Shown: one piece after another, positions 18,454-28,245 of the stretch
Numbering within the stretch: position 1 is the stretch's first letter
Layout: each line of letters starts with the position of its first letter
Source of the DNA: an uncultured virus (IMG/VR IMGVR_UViG_3300037357_000283)
Taxonomy: Duplodnaviria; Heunggongvirae; Uroviricota; Caudoviricetes
Length of the DNA: 64,000 bases
Reading direction: 5' to 3' (one strand)
Virus record (IMG/VR): IMGVR_UViG_3300037357_000283
The notes under the pieces: model-generated
Database searches by the model: none
Seen by the model: only the letters and a program-made list of their open reading frames with translations
What the model was told of the DNA's origin: nothing
Translations under genes and position numbers: made by a program

Positions 18454-19125
18454 TGACAGAACCACTTCTTGTTCGCAGCTATACCGGTGGACTGGCTAAT
18501 CGTCTGCTGTCGCTGGCAACGGTTAGCGTGATTGCCGCAGCGCGGCAGACAACGTGCGATTATCTCTGGTTGCCCGACGCGCATTGTCCGGGTGATTTTG
18601 CAGATGTTTTTGCCCCGTTAGCAACTTTAGGGCGTCAGATTGGTGCCGCAGAATGGGCCGAGCGCGTTACCACACCAGGGCGCCGCGATTGGTGGTATGG
18701 TAACTGGAATCACGCGACGTTAGCTGAGCGTGCCGCTGTTTTGAAAATTTCAACGCAGCGGCTCTATCGTCGCTGTGGTGTGATTTTTCGCCAGCTGCAG
18801 CCTGCGCCGAAAGTACGGAAACGACTTGAAATGTTTTCGCGGGAGTGGCGACCTGTTGGTGACTGCATTGGCGTGCATATTCGCCGGAGTGATTTGAATT
18901 TTTTGGATAAATCAGCAGCACAGCGAGATGTGCAATTGTTCAAACTTTTGGACGAATATGTTGCCGATGAACCTGATACCGGGTTTTTCGTTGCGACGGA
19001 CAATCCAGTTTCGCTGGAAGCGATGCAAAAGCGGTATAAAGCGCGTATTTTTTCTTTTTTGCCGGTATGGCAAAACGCAACCGCGCTTCGGCGTACTAGC
19101 TTGCTGGATGCCGGGGTTGATTTAT

Positions 19126-20464
19126 CAGGACTTCTGGGTTGAAAACCACGCCCTTTAGGGCGTCTTGACTTTTCTTACAAGGATAACTATATTCTTGTAA
19201 GTGAAAGCGAGATACACATTTCGGGTCTATCCGACTGGTCGCCAAGAGCGACAGCTTGCCAAAGAGTTTGGGTGCGCCAGGCACGCTTACAATTTCGCCT
19301 TGAACCTGCGAACGTCCAGCTTCAAAGACGGAATCACGATCAACTACAACGCCAGCAGCGCCGCGTGGACAAAACACCGAAACGATCCGACGTTTTCTTT
19401 CCTTAAAGAATCTTCCAGCGTTCCCCAGCAGCAGGCATTACGCCACCTTCAGACGGCGTTCAGCAACTTCTTTGCCAAGCGAACGCAGTATCCTAAGTTC
19501 CATTCCAAGCACGGGAAACAGAGTGCAACGTATACCGTCGCCGCGTTCGACTACGACGCCGCAAATAGGAATCTCAGCGTCGCCAAGATAGGTCGCCTCA
19601 ACGTCAAATGGAGCCGCGAGTTCACGAGTTCGCCAAGCACGATCACGATAACCAAGGATTGTGCCGGACGCTACTTCGTGAGTCTTTGCCTGGATGAACC
19701 AGCGAAGGCCGCACTTCCAAAGACGGGGAAGCAAGTCGGGATCGATCTTGGCATCGCGCGGCTGGCAACGCTCTCCACGGGCGAGAGAATAGCCAACCCG
19801 CGACACACGATGCGGCACGCTCGAAAGCTGACTCGATTGCAACGGGTTCTCTCCCGTCGCGTCAAGGGCAGCAATCGGTGGCGGCGTCAAAAGCTCCTGG
19901 TCGCAAAGCATCAGGCTCACATTGCCGATAGCCGCAAGGATTGTCTGAACAAGCTGACTACCGATCTTGTTCGACGGTTCGACGTGCTCGCCATCGAAGA
20001 CTTGAACGTGCGTGGCATGGTAAGGAACCATTGCCTTGCCAAGCACATTTCCTGTGCGAGCTTCGGCATGTTCCGTTCGATGCTGACATACAAGGCTGCG
20101 TGGTACGGGCGTGAACTGCGTGTTGCCGACAGGTTTTTCCCGAGTAGCAAGCGATGCTCCAACTGCGGCCACGTCCACGAAAAGATGCCGCTGGACGTGC
20201 GAGAGTTCACCTGTGAAGAATGTGGAACCGTTCACGACCGGGATGAAAACGCCGCCAAGAACATTTTGAAATTCGCGGGCGCAAGCTCGCTGTCTACCGC
20301 CGGACAGGCGGGAAGTAACGGACGTGGAGCGAGTTTAAGACCAAAGCGGGCTTCAGCCCGTTCTGGCAGTTCGCGTCGAAGCGTCAACCAACCTGCTCTG
20401 GCTCGTGGCACTTAGCATGGGCTACTCAGGAATCCCCGGCCTTTAGGCCGGTGGAGGATGTCAA
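19126..20464 (+). mobile_element. IS200/IS605-family (IS1341-like, no tnpA) element
   Basis: Inserted after TTTAT; subterminal hairpins ACGCCC-TTTA-GGGCGT and CCGGCC-TTTA-GGCCGG; ends TCAA; no target duplication. Confidence 0.85.
19201..20415 (+). CDS. tnpB: RNA-guided endonuclease TnpB
   Basis: FGCARHAYN, GIDLG, IEDLNV, PSSKRCSNCG zinc finger, DRDENAA; RuvC D/E/D intact. Confidence 0.95.
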   Translation: MKARYTFRVYPTGRQERQLAKEFGCARHAYNFALNLRTSSFKDGITINYNASSAAWTKHRNDPTFSFLKESSSVPQQQALRHLQTAFSNFFAKRTQYPKFHSKHGKQSATYTVAAFDYDAANRNLSVAKIGRLNVKWSREFTSSPSTITITKDCAGRYFVSLCLDEPAKAALPKTGKQVGIDLGIARLATLSTGERIANPRHTMRHARKLTRLQRVLSRRVKGSNRWRRQKLLVAKHQAHIADSRKDCLNKLTTDLVRRFDVLAIEDLNVRGMVRNHCLAKHISCASFGMFRSMLTYKAAWYGRELRVADRFFPSSKRCSNCGHVHEKMPLDVREFTCEECGTVHDRDENAAKNILKFAGASSLSTAGQAGSNGRGASLRPKRASARSGSSRRSVNQPALARGT

Positions 20465-20626
20465 TTGCGTTGGCATATTGCCGGCGGATTATCGGCACAC
20501 AGACATCAACTTTCAGTCAACTCGCTTCGCAGCTTCGGGACAGTCCGCTGGAGCAAGCGGAGGAGTGCTGATACACTGGGTGGCAGCACGGCTTGGATGC
20601 CAGTGGATTTCTAGCCAAGGATGGTC

Positions 20627-21352
20627 ATGTTTGAAGTGAATCCCCAGCTTTTTCAAATGGCCCAGCACGTAACCCGTGGCGGGTCGGTCAAAACGGCTTT
20701 CGTACCAGCGCAAGCTGGGGGTGGCGGTGATCCCTCAGGCGGGGCCGGTGGGCCGCCGCCAGATCCAAGCCAGATGGGCGGTGATCCTTCAGGCGGCGCT
20801 GGTGCCGGTGCCGGTGGACCCCCTCCGATGGCCGCATCTCCTTTTCCGCCCCCGGGTGGTGATCCCAGTGGTGGCGGAGGTGGCGGCATGGACCCGGGCG
20901 CTATTGCCCAGCAGGTCATTCAGATGCTGCAGGCTCAAGGGATCGGCGGTGGGCAGGGCGGGCAGGGCGGTGGCATGGAGCCGATCAAGCCCAAGATCGA
21001 CGTCAATGTGGCCATCGTGCAGATTCTTAAGATCCTGGCCAAGATTGCCGACGGGCTGGGGATTCCCATTCCTGCCAGTGACATGGTTGCGACCCAGGGT
21101 GATTTGACCAGCTTCGGTATGGCGCAACAGTCCGGGCAGGACATGCCGGCTTCTGCGCCACAACAGTCGGCGATCCCACCCATCGGCCCAATGCCAGGCG
21201 CTGGGCCGGGCATGGGCAAGACCAGCAGCGACCGCAAGCCGATGTATAATAACGGTGAACCGTTTGATGCTTCGATGGTCCGCTTGTCTAATATGGCTTC
21301 AGCGGGCAGTCAGCTGCTGCGGGCCATGAAGCTTCCGCCGCGGCAGAACTGA
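20627..21352 (+). CDS. Gly/Pro-rich low-complexity protein
   Basis: GGDPSGG repeats; KTA motif. Confidence 0.65.
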   Translation: MFEVNPQLFQMAQHVTRGGSVKTAFVPAQAGGGGDPSGGAGGPPPDPSQMGGDPSGGAGAGAGGPPPMAASPFPPPGGDPSGGGGGGMDPGAIAQQVIQMLQAQGIGGGQGGQGGGMEPIKPKIDVNVAIVQILKILAKIADGLGIPIPASDMVATQGDLTSFGMAQQSGQDMPASAPQQSAIPPIGPMPGAGPGMGKTSSDRKPMYNNGEPFDASMVRLSNMASAGSQLLRAMKLPPRQN

Positions 21353-21356
21353 CATC

Positions 21357-21632
21357 ATGTTCATTGAATTCATTGATCGAATTGGCGGGAAGTGCATCAA
21401 GCTGGAGGTCTCTCAGCTGCTGGTTCGCGATCGCAATGGAACACCCGTCTGCGTTGCTGGCCGTTACGGCGATGATGGTATGATCGTCGCCTCGGCGACC
21501 GATCCTGATTTTCAACAAGCGCTGCGCGCCTTTGGCTATGCCGGGGATGTTGAAGTAAAGTCAATTTCGCTTGAACCCTATGGGTTGCCGCGGGGAAGCC
21601 GGCGTTTGCCGGATACTGCGGCAGCCTACTAA
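21357..21632 (+). CDS. Hypothetical protein
   Basis: 91-aa ORF, tightly packed. Confidence 0.6.
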   Translation: MFIEFIDRIGGKCIKLEVSQLLVRDRNGTPVCVAGRYGDDGMIVASATDPDFQQALRAFGYAGDVEVKSISLEPYGLPRGSRRLPDTAAAY

Positions 21633-21650
21633 CCAACCTGGAGGTTTATT

Positions 21651-22334
21651 GTGGCTTTGGATCCTCAGACACCCGCGGTGAAGAAATACTACGCCAGTGA
21701 TGCGACGACGATTTACGGCAGCTCGACCGATCATGCGGTCTTTGTTGACGGCAAAGGAACGCCTGACGCCCCGGATTACTCATCGACGGTGTCGCAGTTG
21801 ACGCCGGCGCAGCGCAGTGACCCGGGATTGCCAGCGGTCCGTAAGTATTACGAGGAGCAGCAGGTCGTGTCCGTAACCGCGGCACCGGGGGCGGTTAAGA
21901 TGTCAGTGGTTGTGTTTAAGCTGACCCAGCCGGCTGAAGCCATTCCGACGGCGATGAAGGTCCGTGATCTTTTGCGAACCAATCAGCCGGTTGAAATCCA
22001 CGCGACTGAGGAGATCGCTGCGGCTATCGGGTTGTTTCTGCTTAACTGCGATATTCCGGCGGACAAGATTGCCAAGCAGGTGAAATTTATCCGTAGAGAG
22101 CCAGTGATGCCGGCAGGTAAACCACCACTGGTTACCTCGTCGGGGATTGAAATGCCGCAGAAGATGGGCCGTGACACCGCTCTTGAGTTGCAAGCGGAAA
22201 TTCCTAAGAACGGTTTTGCGGTCACGCCGCCGGCGCCGCCGGCTGGAATGTGTGTAGACGCGGTTGTACCGACAGCGATCAAGAATGCTGCTGAGATGTC
22301 GTCAGAGGACGCGATCGCTGACGAGACACCCTGA
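21651..22334 (+). CDS. Hypothetical protein
   Basis: RBS GGAGG, GTG start. Confidence 0.6.
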   Translation: MALDPQTPAVKKYYASDATTIYGSSTDHAVFVDGKGTPDAPDYSSTVSQLTPAQRSDPGLPAVRKYYEEQQVVSVTAAPGAVKMSVVVFKLTQPAEAIPTAMKVRDLLRTNQPVEIHATEEIAAAIGLFLLNCDIPADKIAKQVKFIRREPVMPAGKPPLVTSSGIEMPQKMGRDTALELQAEIPKNGFAVTPPAPPAGMCVDAVVPTAIKNAAEMSSEDAIADETP

Positions 22335-22344
22335 TCGCGGCAGG

Positions 22345-22362
22345 TGTATTTCCACAAATACA
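22345..22362. promoter_or_regulatory. Palindrome TGTATTT-N4-AAATACA, copy 3
   Basis: Directly before the RBS of the RNAP beta' C-half gene. Confidence 0.7.
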
Positions 22363-22375
22363 CCAAGGAGTTTTT

Positions 22376-25300
22376 TTGCTTTCCGGCACGATGGGCCAAC
22401 TCGCGATCCGCGACCGTTTGCCGGACGATCTCCAGCACTACGCCGACCGTCCGCTGGATAAGAAAGCCCTGGGTCAGCTCATGAGCGAGTTGGCCCAGCG
22501 CTATCCCGAGCAATACAAAGACACAGCCCAGTCTCTTTTAGACATTGGCCGGCGATCGGCCCGCGAAAGCGGTGGTATGAGCTTTGGCTTGGCCAGCCTG
22601 GCCCGTCCGGCGGGTGCCGTGGTATTGCGCCGGCAGGCTGAGGCCAAGCTCGGTAAACTCCTCGACGATGACTCGCTAAGTGACCAAGACCGTGAGGGGG
22701 AGATACTCAAGCTTGCTGCGGCGACCCAGCAGAAGATGCAGGACACGGTCTTCAACGAAAGTAAAGCCGCGGGCAACCCCCTGGCGATGCAGGTGGTCTC
22801 GGGGGCGCGGGGCAACAAGATGACGCTCAACAGTCTCCTCGGTGGAGACATGCTTTATACTGATCAGCATAACGAGCCAGTGCCGATTCCGGTTTTCAAC
22901 AGTTATTCCGAGGGGCTGACCCCGTGGCAGTATTTCGCTGGGGCCTACGGCACGCGCCGAGGAGTTCTTGATCTAAAGCTATCGACCGCCAAAGGCGGTT
23001 ATTTCTCAAAGTTGCTTAATAATGCCACGCACCGGTTGGTTGTCCGTGGCCTGGATGGCCCTGATCCCGCCCCGGGTGATGTCCGCGGCATGCCGGTGGA
23101 TACGGAAGACCCTGATAATGAGGGGTCTTTACTGGCACAGCCGGCTGGCAAATATCCCCGCAATACCCGGCTGACACCGGAGATGCTTACAGAGCTCAAG
23201 CGCGCGGGTAATGACCGGCTGCTGGTGCGGTCGGCTATTACAGGCGGTCCACGGGATGGGGGTCTCTGGGCTCGTGATGTTGGCCTTCGTGAAGACGGTA
23301 AACTCCCCGGTCGAGGCTCGTTACCGGGGATGGCGGGAGCTCAAGGAATAGGCGAGCCAATAACCCAGGCACTTATTTGTCTTGTTCGAGGCACGTTAGT
23401 GCGGATGGCGGATTGGACAACGCGACCGATTGAGAACATTCGTGTAGGAGATAAGGTTCTCGGCGCAGATCAATTTGGTCGTACTTTTTCTGTTCGGGTT
23501 GTTCGCCGGTACGACAACGGGTTGCGTGATTGTGTCCGTACAGAATTTAGAGTTGGATGCTCTACTGAGTTTATTGAGCTTCTTTCTACACCAGAACATA
23601 AAGTGCTAGCGGAAGTTCAGGTGTGGCCGTTCGATCAACTGTCGCGTACGGTCGGACAATTTGCTGTCGGATACCGCGCAAAAAATCCACGAACAAAATT
23701 CAAAGCTGAACGGTCCTGCGGATTTATAGCCACAGGTTGGCGTGAAGATCCTTTCGCGTTGTTATTAGGTTTGTTGCTCGGAGACGGATGTTTTACTGAA
23801 AGTGTCGGTGGTTGCCATCTGTCGTGTTTTGATCCGTCGTTAATTGACGAAATTTCTGAGTATCTTCGTGGCTTAAATCTGCGAGCACATTTGCTCGCCG
23901 GACAACGAGGGTATTACCGCATAAGTCAAATCGACGAAACATCGACACCACAGAATAAAAAGAGCGGGAAATTCTGCGGTAGTTATCGGAATCCAGCGAT
24001 GCAGATGTTGGATCGTTTTGGGTTACTCGGAAAATACGCGCATGAGAAGGAAATTCCGCGAGAAGTTTACAAATGGGGGAACGCATCTGTAGCTTCGCTG
24101 TTAGGCGGTTTATTCATTACAGACGGATCTGTATATGTGACTGAACAGAATCGAAAGTCCAGTGGATCGTGTCATGTTTGTTTTGGTTCAACGTCGAAGC
24201 GAATGCTTGAACAGGTCCGTGAATTACTGGATTGGCGTTTTGGTATTCACTCTACACCGGCAAACAAGCAAACTAAAGGACGAAAACACCCCTTCTACTC
24301 GACTACCATTACACACCCGCGATGCGTCGACAGTTTTCTACACGCTATTCCACTTTTTGGCTGTAAACGTCTTAGGTTGCCTGATTTGATTTCTAAACGC
24401 GAAGAAAATGCTGTACGGCGCAAATTGGTAAATCAGGATATGTTTTACCGCCGGGCACAAGAACCTATTGGGTTACTGCCTACCTTTGATCTTGAAGTTG
24501 ACCACCCGGATCACTTGTTTGTTCTCGCTAATGGGTTGATTGTCTCAAACAGCTCAAAGCACCAAGGTGGTGTTGCTAACTCAAATCGGACCATCGGTGG
24601 CTTTGATGCGATCAATCAACTGATCAATGTCTCGGACAACTTCAAAGGCAGCGCTACCCACAGTGAAGCTGACGGCATGATCGGGCGCATTCTCGATGCT
24701 CCTGCCGGAGGCAAGTACGTCATGATTGGCGGTAAGGAGCATTACGTTCCGGTGGGACTCGATCTCAAGGTAAAGACCGGCGACAACATTGAAGCCGGTG
24801 ATGTTATCAGCGAGGGGCTGCCCAATCCCGCCAACATCGTCAAGCACAAAGGGATTGGCGAGGGTCGGCGTTATTTTGTCGATACGTTTCGCCGGGCGAT
24901 GGACGATGCTGGCGTCAAGGGCCATCGCCGTAATATCGAGATGCTTTCCCGTGGGCTGATTGACCGGGTCCGGTTGACGGGAGAAATTGGAGATTATGCT
25001 CCCGACGATTTAGTGCCCTATCAAGAATTAGAGCACAACTACAAACCGCGCAAGGATGCCTTGGAGACCGATCTCGCGGGGGCGGCGGGCAAATACCTCG
25101 AGAAGCCAGTCCTGCATTACTCCGTTGGCACCAAGATACGTCCTTCGGTGATGAAGGATCTTCGGCAGTTCAAGGTCAACCAAGTTACGGTTCACGATAA
25201 CCCGCCGCCGTTTGAGGCTGAGATGGTTCGAGCGCCGGCACTGCTCCAGAGCGATCCGGACTGGTTAACTCAATCATTTGGGACCGGACTCAAGGGAAGC

Positions 25301-28153
25301 CTGCTGCGTTCGGTACATCGCGGGGCAGTCAGTGATGAGGCAGGGACCAGCTTTGTGCCGGCGCTGGCGCGGGGTACGGATTTTGGCTATGTCGGGCCAG
25401 TGCAGAAGATTGTGCCGCTGGACAAGGAAAGCGCCGATAAAATTGTTGGACAGCCGGCAACAGCACCAGCAGCACCACCAGCACCAGCAGCAGCACTAGC
25501 AGCACCAGCAGCACCAGCAGCACCAGCAGCACCAGCAGCAGCACCAGCAGCACCAGCAGCAGCACCAGCAGCGCCAGCAGCACTTGCTTCTTCGCTGCGA
25601 CACCCGATAACGAGGAAACCACCGACGACGCAGCCTGAGTTGTTGTACACCCCGCCGACGGCCCCGCCGACGGTCCTACCGGCGGTCCGTCACGCTGCGT
25701 TAAAGCTTCGAGACTGGTTGTTCCCCACCCCGCCGATGGACCCGACGGCCTACCCGCCCCCGCTATCGACGCCAGAAGTTTATCCGCCTGCACCAGCGGC
25801 AGGGACAACACGCATGGAAGCTCTGGGCCCGGAGATCGCGCATTATTACACAGGCACCGGTGGGCTTAATACAGCCATTCAGCACGCTCAGGCAGCCAGC
25901 AGCAGTGGGCATTATCCAACCCCGCATTTCACTGATTTGGATTACAGTCAAATCAATACGCAGCACCCGGTTACCTATAAAGCAAAGTTGCCTGGTGCTC
26001 TGGGTCTCACATATTCGCGGCCCGGGTTGAACCCTTTTTCGTCGATGGGATTCCTTCAATTAGCTCATACGGATATTGGGTTAGATAAGGACAAAAATAC
26101 GGGGTATTCCTTGAATCAGCAGGTGCAAAAGGTCAGAGAACACGAACTAACGCACGGTTGGCAGTCTTTGTCGTCTCCTGATATGTTGGACGCACGCATA
26201 TCGCGTGATCCATTGGGTGATACAGCACAATGGCTGAATAAGGTAAAGGCAAATCCAACTTCTGTGCTGAATTATTCAGAATGGGGTAATAATTTGACGG
26301 GTCAATATTTGACCAATCCGTCGGAGATTGATCCGCGTTTGGCAGCGTTCAAGCGTGAGTGGGCGAGGCAGAACAACGAATTGTTGGATACACCGCGCAA
26401 AGGAGTTAATGCTTTTTTGCATCCATCACCTTTTCATTACTTAGGTACAAATGATGATGCGGAACAGGGCCAAGACCTGTGGCGTGGCTATCAAGGGCAG
26501 CCGGCAGTCCAACAAGAGTTGATCAATCGCCTGATGAAAGTAGTGCAAAACCCTACGCAGGATTACCCGGGAGCAATAGCTAAAGAGGGAGAAGCCCCAC
26601 CTGATGTCACTATCGATCGACCAGCGGGGACCGTGAAAACTTGGCGCACATCTGCTGGTCCGGTGCAAAAGGTTTATCCGCTTGATAATGGTTACTTCAA
26701 CGGAATAACCAATCCACAGGATGGTGAAGGTGCTGATGTTTTTGTCGGGTCGGGAAATTTGCACGGCCGGTTCATGAAAGGAAAGACAGTTGGAACGGCC
26801 TGGCAACCCGATGAGCACAAGTGGTATCTTGGTCTAACCAAAGACGAGAAAAAGATGCTGTTCGATTGGTACAACGCGGATACGCCCAAACTGTTGCGGC
26901 AGCACAAGACACTGCCCGACGAGGCAGCGCTGCGTAAGGATGTTGCCCGCTTCTGTAAAGCCGCCGAGACTCCCACGGAGATGAATCCACCAGAGCTGCC
27001 CAAACCGCCCGATGCCCCCGAGATGTCCGAGGCTCCAGCGCCGCCAACCCAGACGCAGCCCAGCCTCTTAAACCGCGTCGCCCATATTCCCATCAACATC
27101 GCCGAGCACCCTCTGAGCCTTGACCCGGGCAACGCTCCCAAGAGTCTGGCTTCCGCCGGCTTGCTCGGCGTACAAAGTGCCCGGATCGCTAATGCTGGTC
27201 TGCGGCAGTTTGCCCGCCTGCCCGGCGTCAGTTCGCTACCCGGCGCCGGTGCTTTTGCGGAAGCGGCCCCCTGGCTGCATTCAGCACAGAAAGTGTTGCT
27301 GCCGAGTATTTCTTCGGGGATGACGATTCCAACCGGCACTGGCGCAGGTTTTAACGTCGGGCGTGCTTTGAGCGGTGCTGATAGTTTCGTGCAGCCAGTA
27401 TTAACCGCGGGCGGTGAAGCGCTAGGGTTACCCTCCTGGGGCATGCGAGCGCTGCGCGCGATCAGACCGGGTGGAGTCATTAGTGGTCTTGGGGCTGGGT
27501 TAGCTGGTCAAACCGTGCTGGATACCGGGCTCGGCGCCGCGAATGCAGCTTACCAGGGCGGCTGGCATCCCGAAGACCCGCGGAACTGGTTGACGGGTGG
27601 TTTTGATGTTGGGTCAGGTTATAACAAGATCACCGATAACCTGCTCCGGCCTGATGCGAGGACGAGCATGAGCTTTGACCCAATTACCCAAGGGTTGGCT
27701 CTGGGTAAGGGCATGGCCCGGACCAGCCGGGTTGATCCCAGCTTCTGGAAAGGGCCACTGGGTGATAGTGCCTTACCATCGCAGCAGTCACCAGAACAAG
27801 TAGCCCAAACTACAGCGCGGTTGAATCAAAGGCAGAATCCGTTGCAGGATTTCCAGTGGAAAGCCAATCCCGATGGTCGATCTGTTCTGGTAGACAAACA
27901 GACGGGGGTTGGCTTCCGGCCTAATCTCCTTGACTTTAATAGAAGGTTCGCCAGTCCGGGTGATGATCAAGGCAGGAGCATGAGTGCGGATATTCTGCGG
28001 CGGATGGCACAGCAGCGCCCCGACGAGTTCGCCCAGATGACAGACGACCCACGCTATGCTGCGTATAAGGCCAACGGGGTCGCCCCGCCGGCTGATGTTG
28101 TCCAGCAACAAGCGGCGCGACAGGCACAACTTAAGCAGCAGTTCGGTCTTTAA
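22376..28153 (+). CDS. RNA polymerase beta' C-terminal half with intein and long multidomain extension
   Basis: SGARG, bridge helix EGLTPWQYF...GTRRGVLD...STAKGGY, trigger loop AQGIGEP...KHQGG; later HELTH and pyrophosphatase-like GY...DGEGADVFV motifs. Confidence 0.85.
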   Translation: MLSGTMGQLAIRDRLPDDLQHYADRPLDKKALGQLMSELAQRYPEQYKDTAQSLLDIGRRSARESGGMSFGLASLARPAGAVVLRRQAEAKLGKLLDDDSLSDQDREGEILKLAAATQQKMQDTVFNESKAAGNPLAMQVVSGARGNKMTLNSLLGGDMLYTDQHNEPVPIPVFNSYSEGLTPWQYFAGAYGTRRGVLDLKLSTAKGGYFSKLLNNATHRLVVRGLDGPDPAPGDVRGMPVDTEDPDNEGSLLAQPAGKYPRNTRLTPEMLTELKRAGNDRLLVRSAITGGPRDGGLWARDVGLREDGKLPGRGSLPGMAGAQGIGEPITQALICLVRGTLVRMADWTTRPIENIRVGDKVLGADQFGRTFSVRVVRRYDNGLRDCVRTEFRVGCSTEFIELLSTPEHKVLAEVQVWPFDQLSRTVGQFAVGYRAKNPRTKFKAERSCGFIATGWREDPFALLLGLLLGDGCFTESVGGCHLSCFDPSLIDEISEYLRGLNLRAHLLAGQRGYYRISQIDETSTPQNKKSGKFCGSYRNPAMQMLDRFGLLGKYAHEKEIPREVYKWGNASVASLLGGLFITDGSVYVTEQNRKSSGSCHVCFGSTSKRMLEQVRELLDWRFGIHSTPANKQTKGRKHPFYSTTITHPRCVDSFLHAIPLFGCKRLRLPDLISKREENAVRRKLVNQDMFYRRAQEPIGLLPTFDLEVDHPDHLFVLANGLIVSNSSKHQGGVANSNRTIGGFDAINQLINVSDNFKGSATHSEADGMIGRILDAPAGGKYVMIGGKEHYVPVGLDLKVKTGDNIEAGDVISEGLPNPANIVKHKGIGEGRRYFVDTFRRAMDDAGVKGHRRNIEMLSRGLIDRVRLTGEIGDYAPDDLVPYQELEHNYKPRKDALETDLAGAAGKYLEKPVLHYSVGTKIRPSVMKDLRQFKVNQVTVHDNPPPFEAEMVRAPALLQSDPDWLTQSFGTGLKGSLLRSVHRGAVSDEAGTSFVPALARGTDFGYVGPVQKIVPLDKESADKIVGQPATAPAAPPAPAAALAAPAAPAAPAAPAAAPAAPAAAPAAPAALASSLRHPITRKPPTTQPELLYTPPTAPPTVLPAVRHAALKLRDWLFPTPPMDPTAYPPPLSTPEVYPPAPAAGTTRMEALGPEIAHYYTGTGGLNTAIQHAQAASSSGHYPTPHFTDLDYSQINTQHPVTYKAKLPGALGLTYSRPGLNPFSSMGFLQLAHTDIGLDKDKNTGYSLNQQVQKVREHELTHGWQSLSSPDMLDARISRDPLGDTAQWLNKVKANPTSVLNYSEWGNNLTGQYLTNPSEIDPRLAAFKREWARQNNELLDTPRKGVNAFLHPSPFHYLGTNDDAEQGQDLWRGYQGQPAVQQELINRLMKVVQNPTQDYPGAIAKEGEAPPDVTIDRPAGTVKTWRTSAGPVQKVYPLDNGYFNGITNPQDGEGADVFVGSGNLHGRFMKGKTVGTAWQPDEHKWYLGLTKDEKKMLFDWYNADTPKLLRQHKTLPDEAALRKDVARFCKAAETPTEMNPPELPKPPDAPEMSEAPAPPTQTQPSLLNRVAHIPINIAEHPLSLDPGNAPKSLASAGLLGVQSARIANAGLRQFARLPGVSSLPGAGAFAEAAPWLHSAQKVLLPSISSGMTIPTGTGAGFNVGRALSGADSFVQPVLTAGGEALGLPSWGMRALRAIRPGGVISGLGAGLAGQTVLDTGLGAANAAYQGGWHPEDPRNWLTGGFDVGSGYNKITDNLLRPDARTSMSFDPITQGLALGKGMARTSRVDPSFWKGPLGDSALPSQQSPEQVAQTTARLNQRQNPLQDFQWKANPDGRSVLVDKQTGVGFRPNLLDFNRRFASPGDDQGRSMSADILRRMAQQRPDEFAQMTDDPRYAAYKANGVAPPADVVQQQAARQAQLKQQFGL
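23378..24550 (+). mobile_element. Intein (391 aa) with LAGLIDADG homing endonuclease
   Basis: Starts CLVRGT, TPEHK block B, LLGLLLGDG and LLGGLFITDG motifs, ends FVLANGLIVSN followed by Ser; AT-richer than flanks. Confidence 0.9.
25459..25582 (+). repeat. GCACCAGCA-type microsatellite encoding a Pro/Ala linker
   Basis: Visible tandem 9-12 nt units. Confidence 0.9.
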
Positions 28154-28245
28154 CATTGGTTCTTTGGCAGCTAACTGTTAATATCGGAGAAGCTAGCGAG
28201 CGCTGCTACGGATAGCGGCGCAGTCCCCACGGATGGACGGACATT

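Larger units (their letters stand above)
18453..20571 (+). pseudogene. Fucosyltransferase-like (GT11/GT23/O-FucT fold) gene split by a TnpB element
   Basis: GGLANRL, IGVHIRRSD, FVATDN; removing 19126-20464 restores the frame ...GVDLFALAYCRRIIGTQTSTFS... Confidence 0.75.
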
